A DNA stretch of 63,554 nucleotides, the filler included, from Reclinomonas americana ATCC 50394 (taxonomy: Eukaryota), in assembly GCA_048213135.1 (NCBI GenBank). It is 15 parts of 15 records of this genome, joined end to end, with 100 filler letters (N's around TTAATTAATTAA, not from the genome) between each part and the next. Parts side by side here need not be neighbours in the genome. Positions count along the whole stretch, not along the records: positions 34,812 to 43,156 come from AFZH01024261.1; positions 43,257 to 44,738 come from AFZH01024262.1; positions 44,839 to 47,260 come from AFZH01024263.1; positions 47,361 to 52,068 come from AFZH01024264.1; positions 52,169 to 56,381 come from AFZH01024265.1; 10 more parts are not named here. One strand, 5' to 3'. Below, piece by piece: positions 40,801-52,593 of this stretch. The notes beneath the pieces are model-generated. The model searched no databases. It was given only the letters and a program-made list of their open reading frames with translations, and was not told the DNA's origin. The position numbers and the translations under genes were made by a program. Numbering within the stretch: the stretch's first letter is position 1; each line of letters opens with the position of its first letter.

Positions 40801-41648
40801 TTTGCGAGCGGTCTCTGGTCGAAGCTCAGCGGGGGATTCTTGGCCGGCGTCAGCCATTTGGTGAGGCCGGCGCTTTGAGCGTTCATTGGGTCGTTGCCGC
40901 CGCCTGTGAAGTTGTTCACCACGCCATCAAGGTCCGACGTGATGCGATAGCCCTGCAACCCAGAGACATAAGCACACTCAACCCCACTACGCTGCACAAC
41001 AATCGATCCACTGGGCAAACCGCGCGCGTACCATGTTGACGCACACCGCATACGATCCATTCACCAAGGTGTTATCCGGCGCCTGCAACACCAAGGGACT
41101 CGTCGTCGCGCCGCTCGCCACTGTCAGCGAATACGCAGAGGCAGTGGGAGTGACTGGGCATGCCCCAGACGGCTCCAGGCGCCCCGCCACGGTGCTGGCC
41201 ACGGTCGGTGTGCCAGTGTACACCACTGAGAAGCTCATTGTGCTGTCATACGCATTGACAGGGTTCGGCGAGAACGAGGTGGGATAGAACGGCAGCGCAG
41301 CATTCGGCAGCGCCGCCTGCACCTTGTCAGTGTGGAAGCGACTGCGCCACACAACACACACACCGCAACATGAGGTGATTAATGATGCAATGTCTAACTC
41401 TTTCTCACAGACTCACACACTCACCCCACGCTCGTCTGCTCACTGTGTAATCTCAGCTCGTCGTCGTCGACCATCACGCTTGCCTCGCAAAGCATCACAC
41501 TGGTCGACACTGATGCATCGCCAGAGTCGCATTTTCGAACACGGACCAGTGCAGGCGGCATCAAGTCGCACAACACCGCAAACGCCAATAACGAGAGAAA
41601 CACTAATGTGTGCCACACGCGCACAGGCGACGATCGACGCGCTCTCAT
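34812..41648 (-). CDS. Giant secreted/surface protein with ~15 tandem ~100-aa Ig/IPT-like modules (3' truncated)
   Basis: Signal-like N-terminus. Repeated module F.P....VT(I/V)TG.GL...(F/V)....C.....G.Y.VC(V/I)(R/Q)(W/F)....Y..VG..L.V. Confidence 0.85.
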
Positions 41649-41954
41649 TTTCTCTTCACAGTGAAAGAGTGTGTGTTGAGACCTCTCAAAACTAGACAAA
41701 ACGAGATGCGCGGTCCCAGGTGACAAGCAGACACACAGACAGCAACGCACTGTGGAGTCTATAGTGTGTGCACTGGAGAGAGCGCACTTGGTGGAGAAGT
41801 GCAAGCTCAGCGCGTGTGTTTGGAAAAAAAGAATAAAAAGTTCGGTCCGACGGAGTTGTGCTGGCCGTGTCCGCACTTCCACGCACTGACTTACAGCACG
41901 TTGATTTTTTCCAACACAAACAAGTAACACCTTAACATTCATTTAGCGAACACC

Positions 41955-43156
41955 CTATTTGTGAGCTGACGGTGGTGCGCCTTGGACTTCATCGCCCTGC
42001 AAACTCTCGCGAATGCTCGCCAACCGAGCCAAAGGCAGCGGTGGAATTGATGCAACTCGCGGCGACGACGGTGCGGATGCCGAGCCACCACCCTGTCCAC
42101 CACTCAACCCGGCAAGTCGCAACGGTGGCACCATTGGCACACCCGCCGTGCGCGCACTTCCCGGCCGCAGTGCCATGAACCGCGCGTCTGCCGGCGACAG
42201 GGCATTAAACAGATTCTCGTCCACTGCGCCATCGGCAGGCACATATCGCGGCACTGGCGGTGGCGCAAGAGGCGGCGGCCGCGGCGACAGCTCATTAAAC
42301 ATGGGTGGGGATGGCGGGCGGCCCTGAGGAATCGGAGGCGGAGCATGGCGCGGTGGTGCGAGGCGCGGAGCCAACTGCGCCAATTCGAGTTGCTGCTGCA
42401 TGCCGCGAGCGATGACAGGGGGAAGCACAATAGCCGGCAAATCTTGAACAGTTGGCGAGCCCGCAGGTGCTGGACGCTGAGGGGCGAAAGCGGTAGGCCC
42501 CGCACGCGAAGTCACCAGGTGCGCAATGCTCGGCGGCAACAGCGCAGCCGGCGGCGGCGTCAGCGGCATGGACCCCAGCCGCGCACTGTTGTACGCCCCG
42601 CTACCGCTGTTCATCACCGACGCCAGCAGCTCCAGGTTCAACTTCGGGATCCGCAGCGGCACTGGCGGCGACATGTATTCCATGGGCTCGGCCGCCATGT
42701 CATCCGCCTGTAGCACCCGTCGTCGACCATCGTCATTGTCGCGGTCGTCCTGAGGCGCCGTCAACATTGACCGCAAAGCCGGCATCTGATGCTGTGCGCT
42801 CGGCGCATTGGCAAATGCGCCCACGCTTTGCTGCTGCTGAAGTCCGCTCCACACACTGGCAGAAACAGCACGACGATCTTGCACAGTCTCGCCGCCTAAA
42901 CAGGCGCATTACTCATTTTCAGCACCACTCGTCACAATACGTAAACAAGCAATAACACTAACACACACACCTGCACCACCCCGCCCACCTCCCTCGCCTG
43001 CAAGAGGCACCAACGGAACCATCCGTTGCAGACCAACCGCCGCCCTGCCATCATGGCCACCAACCACGCTTCTGGCACGCACTGCACACACGCACACACC
43101 ACCCAAGTCAGTCTCAGCCAAGCCAACAATCGCCACCTCCCGCATTCCACCAACTT
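41955..43156 (-). CDS. Pro-rich C-terminal tail of a protein, likely continuing the gene on the next contig
   Basis: 309-codon Pro-rich ORF ending in TAG at 41955-41957, on the same strand as the truncated TM gene at 43257-44738. Confidence 0.6.
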
Positions 43157-43256
43157 NNNNNNNNNNNNNNNNNNNNNNNNNNNNNNNNNNNNNNNNNNNN
43201 TTAATTAATTAANNNNNNNNNNNNNNNNNNNNNNNNNNNNNNNNNNNNNNNNNNNN

Positions 43257-44738
43257 CCGACGCAACTTGCACTGCCACTCAGCGTCTGCTCCTCGTCGCC
43301 CTCCACCGCAAAGTCCACCGTCGTCGTCATTGCGCCACCAGCCACCCCAAACAATCCATCTCCGCTGCCACCGTGCACGGCACCCTTCGGTTGCACGATC
43401 GGGAATCCACGCAGTGCACCCAGTTGCAGCTTGTCGGCCGGAACATCGTCCGGTGGCAGGTACCGACATCCAATGAACCACAGCCGCGGCGACATCATGA
43501 ACCTCATGTACCCTTCGTCACCCAGTTGCAGCCGCTCGGGGAATCCCACCTCCTTCTTCACGCGTCGCTTGCGACGCCGAGCACAGCCGTACAGCACGCC
43601 ACACGTCGCCAGCCACACAATCACCGCACCACCGCAACACAGCAGCAGCAGCCAGTACCAGCATCGTATCGAGTTCGGACACGAGTTGTTGACCACCACA
43701 GCATCTACGCAACACGCATATACACACACACATACAGGCGATGAGCAACAACAATGAGGGATCTGACGAGTTGCCGATCCACTCACCAAAGAACCGGAAC
43801 GACGCTGTCGGTGAGATCTGCACACGCACACACACCAAGATACATCCCATTCAGCAACAACAAGAACAACAACCGCTTCCTCTTCTGCAGACATTTTCTC
43901 AACACGACGCACATCATACACAGCCACATCGTCGTCCACAGGCGCCACATACAACTGGTAGTTGCTGCCGTCTTGCAGCGACTCGGTCTGCACCACGTTC
44001 GTCGGCACAAACGTGTACGCGTTCGTGCCGTTGAACGATGCCACATCCAACAGCCGTCGCACGCCACCACCACCTCCGTTGTAAATGCTCTGACGACTCG
44101 AGCTCGTCTGAGGCGCACACGATCCCGTCACATTGCTCGCCACTTGCCCAATATCCCGCACAGCTCCACTGCTCAGCAACTCGCGCAGCTGTGTCGTGCA
44201 CACACACGAAAGCAAAGCGCACCAATAACCGTCAGTACTAAAATCACAGCGGCTAGCTAACCCAACCGCACAAACTCACCGCAATCGAGAACATTCGCGA
44301 CGACGTCGGTCCATCGCACACCCAGTTGAGCGCAACTGCCGTCCCGCGACTCACGTGCTGCTGTGTTGACACTGGCGTCGCGCTCACCACACTCGGGTCT
44401 GTCGTTGTACATGCACCCTCCATCAGAAAAAAACACAAATCTCACAACAACCCACGCGATAACGACGACGCAACAGCGCAGCAAGAACGGCTCCGTCTGT
44501 CCCACCACATTATCGGTCGCCGGATCGCGCACAACAACACGCAACGGCAGCGAGGTATCAATCTGTCCCTTCAGCCGCTTCAGCGACGCGTCAATATCCG
44601 CTTGCGATTGTGCGCGGTCCAGATTCGTCAGCAGCGTCTGCAGTTTCACTGCCATTCCTGTTCATTCAACAAGGACCATGCACACAAATGAGACAAGAGC
44701 AACGCTGTCGACAGCTGAACAAGCGACATCCATGCCCC
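43257..44738 (-). CDS. Membrane-proximal part of a type I surface protein
   Basis: VRRLL motif, then TM WYWLLLLCCGGAVIVWLATCGVLYGC followed by the basic stop-transfer RRRKRR. Confidence 0.65.
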
Positions 44739-44838
44739 NNNNNNNNNNNNNNNNNNNNNNNNNNNNNNNNNNNNNNNNNNNNTTAATTAATTAANNNNNN
44801 NNNNNNNNNNNNNNNNNNNNNNNNNNNNNNNNNNNNNN

Positions 44839-45040
44839 ATTCCTCAGGGTTTCCACAAGTCACAGCCGTGTAGTTCCTTACTCGCGTCTGCTTTCCACCG
44901 AGTTATCCACAGAATCCACAGCGGTTAACACCGTTAAGGAGTTAACACTGAGAAGCGGCGATCCGATCACCAGACGATGGGGAGAACGCTGAGCGGATCA
45001 CAAAACCTCCGAGCGTAGGGATACGCGGGACTGTGGGGCT
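44839..45040. promoter_or_regulatory. Bacterial oriC fragment (dnaA-dnaN intergenic region) with DnaA boxes
   Basis: Perfect TTATCCACA at 44903-44911, degenerate boxes at 44849, 44891 and 44912, an AT-richer GTTAAC tract, all directly upstream of dnaN. Confidence 0.85.
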
Positions 45041-45108
45041 AGCATGGGAAGCCCTGCACCGGCAGGACTGACGACGACATGTCACAGAACGACGACAAGG
45101 GAGCACCC

Positions 45109-46251
45109 GTGAGGTTTCAGGTCAACCGCGATGTCTTCAGCGAGGCAGTGTCGTTCGTCGTCAAGCTCCTCCCGCAGCGGAACCCGCAGCCGATCCTCGC
45201 CGGAGTGCTGATCGAAGCAGACGGTTCGGGCCTCACGCTCTCCGCGTTCGACTACGAGGCATCCGCTCGCACGACCATCGAGGCCACCGTCGAGACACCG
45301 GGCACGATCCTGGTCCACGGCCGTCTGCTCTCCGACATCGCCAGCCGCCTCCCGAACGCTCCGATCGAGATCGCCGTCGAGGACGACGGTGGGATCACCG
45401 TCACGTGCGGCTCCGCCCGATTCACCCTCGCCGCCATGCCCGTCGAGGAATATCCGTCGATCCCCGAGGTCTCCGGATCGTCCGGCGTGGTTCCCGCCGA
45501 CGACTTCGGCACCGCGATCGCGCAGGTCGGCTTCGCCGCGTCGCGCGACGACGTCACCCCGGTGCTGACGGGTGTGCAGCTCGCCGTCTCCGGTCACAAC
45601 CTCAGCCTCGTCGCGACCGACCGCTACCGGGTCTCGATCCGCGACGTGCCGTGGGACGGCGAAGAGGTCGAGGCCACTGCCCTCGTCCCGGCGCGCACCC
45701 TGGTGGAGGTCGGAAAGACCTTCGGCCACGCCGGCACGATCCAGATCGCGTTCTCCGGCGCCGGTGAGCGCGAGATCATCGCCTTCACGGCGGGCAACAA
45801 GACCGTGACGTCGCTGCTGATCAAGGGCAACTTCCCGCCGGTCCGCCGTCTCTTCCCCGAGCAGACCGATCACTATGCCGTCGTCAACACCGCCGACCTC
45901 GTCGAGGCCGTCCGCCGTGTGTCGCTCGTGCTCGACCGCGCTGCCCCGCTGCGGTTCACGTTCTCGAGCGACAACGTCACGATGGATGCTTCGGGCAGCG
46001 AGCACGCTCGGGCATCCGAGTCGGTCGACGCGATCCTCTCGGGCGGCGACGAGGTCACCCTCGGCCTGAACCCGCAGTACCTGATCGAGGCGCTCGGTGC
46101 GGTGAAGAGCGAGTTCGTCCGCGTGACCTTCACGTCGAGCGACAACGCCAACAAGCTCAGCCCGGTTCTCATCACGAGCCAGACGTCGGTGGATCAGGCC
46201 GGTCTCGACTCGTTCAAGTACCTGCTGCAGCCCAACCTCCTCCTTCGCTGA
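45109..46251 (+). CDS. dnaN: DNA polymerase III beta clamp (Actinobacteria, Microbacterium-like)
   Basis: Full-length; VATDRYR, GNFPPVRRLFP, LNPQYL, KYLLQP. GTG start preceded by AAGGGAG. Confidence 0.97.
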   Translation: MRFQVNRDVFSEAVSFVVKLLPQRNPQPILAGVLIEADGSGLTLSAFDYEASARTTIEATVETPGTILVHGRLLSDIASRLPNAPIEIAVEDDGGITVTCGSARFTLAAMPVEEYPSIPEVSGSSGVVPADDFGTAIAQVGFAASRDDVTPVLTGVQLAVSGHNLSLVATDRYRVSIRDVPWDGEEVEATALVPARTLVEVGKTFGHAGTIQIAFSGAGEREIIAFTAGNKTVTSLLIKGNFPPVRRLFPEQTDHYAVVNTADLVEAVRRVSLVLDRAAPLRFTFSSDNVTMDASGSEHARASESVDAILSGGDEVTLGLNPQYLIEALGAVKSEFVRVTFTSSDNANKLSPVLITSQTSVDQAGLDSFKYLLQPNLLLR

Positions 46252-46273
46252 CCTCCTCCGCCAACCGTTCCGG

Positions 46274-46374
46274 CCCCTTCGACAAGCTCAGGGACCCAGC
46301 GAGGCTCGGGACCCAGGTCGCGCGAGGATGCAGTTCCGCTCCGCGTTTCGTCTCGCTTCGCTCGCTCAACGACC
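46274..46374. repeat. REP-like extragenic repeats
   Basis: CCCTTCGACAAGCTCAGGGACCC and GCGTTTCGTCTCGCTTCGCTCGCTCAACGACC, motifs I recall as common in Microbacteriaceae intergenic DNA. GCTC(A)GGGACCCAG is locally duplicated. Confidence 0.7.
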
Positions 46375-46463
46375 GGGCTACCGCGGATATCGCACGCAGT
46401 CGGAGAGCGGAGCGAGCCGCTGCCACCCCCGTACCCACCCGTTCGTCGATGCGTACAACGCAA

Positions 46464-46555
46464 GGGAGTCGGGTCGTTCCCGGAGTGAGCATCGGGAGGG
46501 GCCCGCGAAGCAGGAGGGAACCCGCTCTGCGAACGAAGGGAACGACCCGACTCCC
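46464..46555. repeat. Perfect 18-bp inverted repeat enclosing 56 nt
   Basis: GGGAGTCGGGTCGTTCCC (46464-46481) / GGGAACGACCCGACTCCC (46538-46555). Confidence 0.9.
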
Positions 46556-46621
46556 GACCCCAGGACCAAGACCCAAACCCAAGAAACCATGACTGTCCGA
46601 CCCCGAAGATAGGCTGATCCC

Positions 46622-47260
46622 GTGATTGTGGAGCACCTGAGTCTGGTCGATTTCCGCAATTACGCGACCGCTGAACTCGCCCTTCACAGCGGCCCGAACG
46701 TTCTCGTGGGCCGGAACGGCCAGGGGAAGACGAATCTCGCGGAGGCCGTGGTCTTCCTCGCGACGCTGGGTTCGCACCGGGTGTCGTCGGATGCGCCGAT
46801 GGTGCGTGACGGTCAGGAGTACGCGATCATCCGGGCTCGTCTGTCCCATGGTGAGCGCAAGGTCCTCGTCGAGGTGCAGCTGAATCGACAGGGGTCGAAC
46901 AAGGCGCGCATCAACGGCTCTCCTTCGAAGGCGAACGAGCTTCCGCGGTATGCGCATGTGGTCCTGTTCGCTCCCGAAGACCTGCAGATTGTCCGCGGGG
47001 ATCCGTCGGCACGTCGTCGTTTCGCGGATCAGCTCCTCATCCAGCGCACTCCGCGGATGGCGGCGGTCCTGGCGGACTACGACCGAGTGCTCAAGCAGCG
47101 CAATGCGCTGCTGAAGTCGGCGCGTGCGCGCGGCATCCGTGGGGAGGGTCTCAGCACTCTCGATGTGTGGGACGACAAGCTCGTCGCGCTCGGCTCGGAG
47201 ATCATCACCGCGCGTCAGCGTCTCGCCGCGGATCTGCAGCAGCCGGTGGCCGATGCCTAC
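46622..47260 (+). CDS. recF: DNA replication/repair protein RecF (3' truncated)
   Basis: FRNY, Walker A GRNGQGKTNL, GSHR, LFAPEDL..G.PSARRRF, QRNALLK. Confidence 0.97.
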
Positions 47261-47360
47261 NNNNNNNNNNNNNNNNNNNNNNNNNNNNNNNNNNNNNNNN
47301 NNNNTTAATTAATTAANNNNNNNNNNNNNNNNNNNNNNNNNNNNNNNNNNNNNNNNNNNN

Positions 47361-50300
47361 ATGTGAGGCGACTTTCGGCTTCTGCCCTGACGCTCGAGTG
47401 GTGCTGCCTGATGGTCGTCGTGCCACTGTGTTTGGTGAGCCGTGTGTATCGTGTGCAAGTCAAGAAGCCACTTGCAATTGTTGAAGATGTGTGGTCGTTG
47501 TGTGTGTGTCTCCCTCTCTCTGCAGGCGTGGCGCGTGGCGAACTGTTCTTTGCCGTCGACGGCCAGCAGGAGTGCTCGACATGGAACGGTGCGCAGCTGA
47601 TCGCCGCGAATGACGTGGATAAGGTGCTGGCCGCAGTGCACGTTGTCAACAGCAGTGCCGACGAGGATATCGTACACTTGCTCGCCAGGCACGTGTTGGC
47701 AGTGGTTCCCGATGGCTCGTCGCTTGTGGACTACCCGCTCTTGTCGGGCCATCGGATTACGCTGGACACGTCCCTCTCAGCACTGTCTCCACACGCATTG
47801 TATCCTGGGCAGCGGGTTGTGCTCCACCGGACCTCGTTGGAGGACGATTGTGCGTCGTGTGTCTGTCTGTGCTTCACCTTGTCGCACTAAACTGTGTCTG
47901 CTGCAGGCACGGCCGATAATGCCGGTGCCATTGTTGTTGGTGTCAGCGACGGTCGATTGTACTTCAACATGTGGACTGAGCGCGGTGCGATATTTAGCAG
48001 TGCACTCCGTTCTCGTGACGCCCTCGACAATCTGGTTGAGCCGTTGGACAGCGCACGTCCGACCGACTCGTTGTCGCAGTCGCCTCTTCTCTTCTGCAAC
48101 GGTGGCGACAAGAGCCCTCTCGGAACCTGCTGTGTGAGCCTGCGTGGACTGGAGGCAACTGGCTTGACCTTTGGCGCTACGGTGTGTTGTCTTGTCTGCT
48201 TGTAGATGTGTGTGCGTGTGTACCAACACGTGCTCAGGCGCATCACTCGGAGTATCGACAAGGCACGCTTTACGTGGTCGGTGTTGACAGCGACAGCGGC
48301 GAATTGGTATTCCTGCTCGTGATGAACGGTGGTTCCGAGTCGCCGGCGGCCGCCAGAAGCACCGCTGCAAGTGATTGTTTCCTCGTGAGTTTCGAAGAGG
48401 TCGTCTCGGCCGACGATCTGCACCCGAGACACGGATTTGTGGCGCAACACTCTCGCGCTGCGCGCGCTGTTGGCGAGGATACCGATTCCGTGCATGACTC
48501 GGACGAAGAGTCGGATCGACAGATGCGTGCGGAGCGTGCCAACAGACGTACCTCCTCCAGTTTGCGACACCATGCGCATGATGATGATGAGGAGGATGAT
48601 GAAGACGAGGACGAGGACGAGGACGAAGACGAGGAGGACGAGGAGGACGATGAGTCGGAAGACGACGATGTCCCCCGTGGCAGAGTGCGGCTTGGTCGTC
48701 GCCGAGTTGTCCACGAAAGCGACGGTGATGACGAGGATGAGGACGACGAGGACGAGGACGACGAAGAGGATGATGGCGATGATGAAGATGAAGATGAAGA
48801 CGATGAGGAGGAGGAGGAGGATGAGGATGAAGACGACGAGCATGAGGACGACGACGAGGAAGATGAAGACGACGAAGGAAACAGTGACGAGAGTGGAGAA
48901 GACGTCTCTTTCAGCGGTTCAGGTGCATCGGATGCTTCATTTGCCAGTCGACTGCCCTTACTTTGACTCACTGCGAAGTGGAACAGGAGAGGAGCAGGAC
49001 GAGGGCCGAGAGCGACAGCGGCGTGCTCAGGCAGCCGAGGCTGCACGTCAGCACTTGCGATACGTGCGCCTCAATGCCGTGCAACCGGGTTCGTGGGTGG
49101 AACACCACCTATTTCGCGTCAGCACACCGACCACTGAAGTGCATGCGCGTGTGCTCTTCTTGTATTGTAGGTATGATCTTTGGCGTGCATCCAGAACTGG
49201 AGGAATTTGGAGTGGTGGTGAGTGTCGACTCTGTGGCTCAGACAGTTACTCTGGCCGTCTCGTCGTCGGAGCGGCGCACGCACTTGCGTGTGGTCCACAT
49301 GCGAGATGTTGCGTCAACGTCTTGTGCATTCACAACCAAAGTCCGTGTACGTAATACCCGCGGTCGAATTCCATGCAGGTGCGCTCTTTGGCTGCACCAG
49401 TCAGCTTTGCCGAGCGTACTGCGTTCTCGTACCGCTCGGCCGTGATGTGCCAGCGAAAAGTGCAGCTGGCCCACGAGCAAGTGTGCCTGCTGCATCTCCG
49501 TGACATTGTCCGCAACATGGTCGATCACTGGCCGCAGAGTTTCCCGATGCAACCGCGCCTCGTGTACAACATGCTGGCTTTCTGCGCGCCCAGTGTGGGG
49601 ACTCAGTCCATTCTGCAGACAGTAGAATCGCTGCTGCGCACCGCTGGCGAGCAGGTGTGCGCTGCGATCTCTGGCGCCGCAGCTGGTGACACACTTTTCT
49701 GAAGCGTTCTCGCGGTGTGTCTCGACAGGGGTTGCTGCAGGAAATATTGGTGGGCCTCCACGATGCGGGTGTCGAGTCGCTGTCTGCGGCCTTGAAAGCA
49801 GCCGCGGACTGGTCGCGTGGTGATACCAAGGGTCGGCGCATCGCCAGCGTATTGGCTGATGCCAGTGCTGGGCACTCTGCCGGCCTGCAAGTGATTCGCG
49901 CCGTCCTCGGTGCCATGTTGCAGGATGAGCACGTCACCGACCAGCTACTCTGGTCGTTCATGTCGCCTTCGGTAGCGTACACAGTCATCATCTTCTTCTT
50001 CTTTTCGTTGCGTCACTCCTTGCGCGCTCGGATTTACAGCTGTGGAGTGCCTTTGTCAAGCTTCTGCGTGGCTTCCCGATTCTTTTCCTGAAACCGCAAA
50101 CCGTGCAAGTGTCCTCCATACTCACCATCCTGAAACAACTGTTGGAGAATCGCGAGCGACTGCCTCCCGCCGCCCGTGCCGTCTCTGTGTGGAAGGGCGT
50201 GCAGACAACGTTGATGCGAGTGCAAGACATGTCGTCGTTCGATGTGTCCATGTTCCAGCACCGTCCGGCACGCAAGGTTGGTTGTCTTTCGTTCTGCTCT

Positions 50301-51818
50301 TGCTTGCACTCTCTCTCTCTCTCTTTCTGCTCAACACTGCCATGCAGGTCTTCGCTGTCGTGATGCTGCTGCTGCGATTGTTCTTGCCGCACGAGGTAAC
50401 CACCGACAGTGGACGAGTTGTGGATTTGAACAGTCCCTCGTGCGAGCTGTGGCGGAAGGATATTTATCCACTGGTGTGGGACATGTCGAGTAGCGATCTG
50501 GGCGATTTGCTGGCATCCATGGACTCGTTGTGGCACCTCTCCGAGGTCCTGCTCGGTCCCGACCGCACGCCACGCAACGCTCGGCTGGTGGCCGAGTTCT
50601 TGATTGTGAACAACATTACGGCGTCGCAGTTCGAGGTCTCTCGCGAGCCCATGTACGCTCCGCCGGTCTCGTCTTCCTCCACGTCCACGTTGCCACTTCC
50701 CAATGTGTTTCGTTGGTCGCCGCACCGCTCACGTTTTCTCCATACTGCTCTTTGTCTCATTGGTCACTCACGTGCAGCGGTGGATCATCGGCCACAGTGG
50801 AAGTTGCACCGCGCAAGCGCGGTGGTGCAGGCAAGGCATCGTCTGCGCCCAGTTGCGTTGTCGAGTTTGCTGCAGCCTGCAGCGCTCATTGTGCATTCAT
50901 TCCTTGGCTTCTCGCAGAGCCCAAGGCACTCAACGCCGAAGAGCAATTCCGGTTTGAACTGTTCTCCCGTTTTGTAGAGGACGCACCGTCGTGGACAGAG
51001 GAGGCCGACCGAGACTTGCTTTCTTTGATGCAAGTGGTAGCGAAGCGCACCGACGGAGTCGGCAACGGTGCGCGCCACTTTTGTGTGTGTGTGTGTGTGT
51101 GCGTTTGCCACTGCGTTCATGCAGGAACAATGTGTGTGCGTGTGCGCGGTGCAGTCATGGAACTTCCAGTGTCGCAGTTTTCACCAAACAAGCACGAGGT
51201 CGGCATGTTTGAGACGCTCAAGTATCGATCCCCGTACGACTTGCGTTGCGTGCTTCAGTGTGTCTGTTGTGTGCGTGGTGCGGCCGCACACCCACATGTT
51301 GTTTTTTCGTGCGCATAGGGATTCGATTTGTCATCATTTGCGCACTGCACACTACCGTGGGAGACTGTCTGGGTGCCATCGATTTCAAGGTGAGGCGGCA
51401 AAATGTTGGTTGGCTGGCTGGCTTACGACTGATTCCATGTATTTTCCTCGCGCAGGAACGCCACTCGCCAAACTCGCTGGCTTCTCGAGTTGTCGCTCTC
51501 CGGTCGTTCCTCGACCCAATCGCCAAGGACGCCCTGCTGCAGGAGTCGTTGGAGGATACGGAGCGCTTTGCGCATCCGACATTGCGATTGCGTCGAAGAG
51601 TCTGTGCCATTGCTGAACGTACACCATCTTCACCGTCGCTGATGTTGTTTTGTGTTTGCAACCGCACGTGCAGATACCGCTGTCGCCGAATGCCAGCGCA
51701 GAGCAAATTCGAGAGTACAGTCGTGATTGCATTTTCATGCAAGCGTACCGCCGGCTGCATCCGCTTCCGGTGCGCCTCTGTTGCTGCTCGTGCCTGCCCG
51801 TCATGCGTACGTGTGCCA

Positions 51819-51860
<42 letters not shown>

Positions 51861-52481
51861 TTCGGCAGGCATTCCGACTACGGAGCAACGATCGTGCGTG
51901 GACGGCAGAATTCCTTGGCGAAGGTGGTTTCGATGGTGGCGGCTTGTATCGTGAAGTTCCGTGCGCGCTCTTTCGCTCACTCAAACACTGTTTGCTGTAC
52001 TCAAAAAATTTCACTGGCAATCAGTCATTGTCGCTGATTGGCACCGATCTGATGTTTGTCGGCCTTTTNNNNNNNNNNNNNNNNNNNNNNNNNNNNNNNN
52101 NNNNNNNNNNNNTTAATTAATTAANNNNNNNNNNNNNNNNNNNNNNNNNNNNNNNNNNNNNNNNNNNNCCCCCCCCCCCCCCCCCCCCCCTCGGTTTTTT
52201 TCTCATTGCTGCCTCTGATTCTCTCCCAGCGTACACGTCGGAAGAGGTCATGCGTGAACGACTGCTGTATGCCAGCGAGAATACCGTGGCCATTGAGTTG
52301 CGCAGTGTTTCTGTGTGTGTGTATTCATCGCGTGACCCTCCACTATGCTGACTCCCTCGTATCTCGCAGCACTGGTGTGTGAGAGCTGTTGTCGTACAGT
52401 GCTTTACGTTTGTTGACGCACTCACTTCCTGCTTCGTTGTTATCAGACTTCAACTATCACGGAACATACGACTTTGAATAG
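47361..52481 (+). CDS. Large HECT E3 ubiquitin ligase (multi-exon; spans a linker; 5' truncated)
   Basis: HECT start FLGEGGFDGGGLYRE near 51910-51955, C-terminus YTSEEVMRERLLYA..AIDTDF after the gap, and a long acidic tract at 48580-48890. Confidence 0.85.
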
Positions 52482-52593
52482 AGAGAATAATAGAGTTGGA
52501 TAATGCATTCATTGTGAAGAATATCTGTGCGACGTACGAGCAGTAACAACACAGTGGAGAGACAGGACATGCAGATGACCAGTATTTTGATCG

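Noticed and set aside
52169..52190. Poly-C run (possible G-quadruplex or telomere)
   Set aside because: It sits at a contig edge inside an intron and is likely a homopolymer artefact that caused the assembly break.
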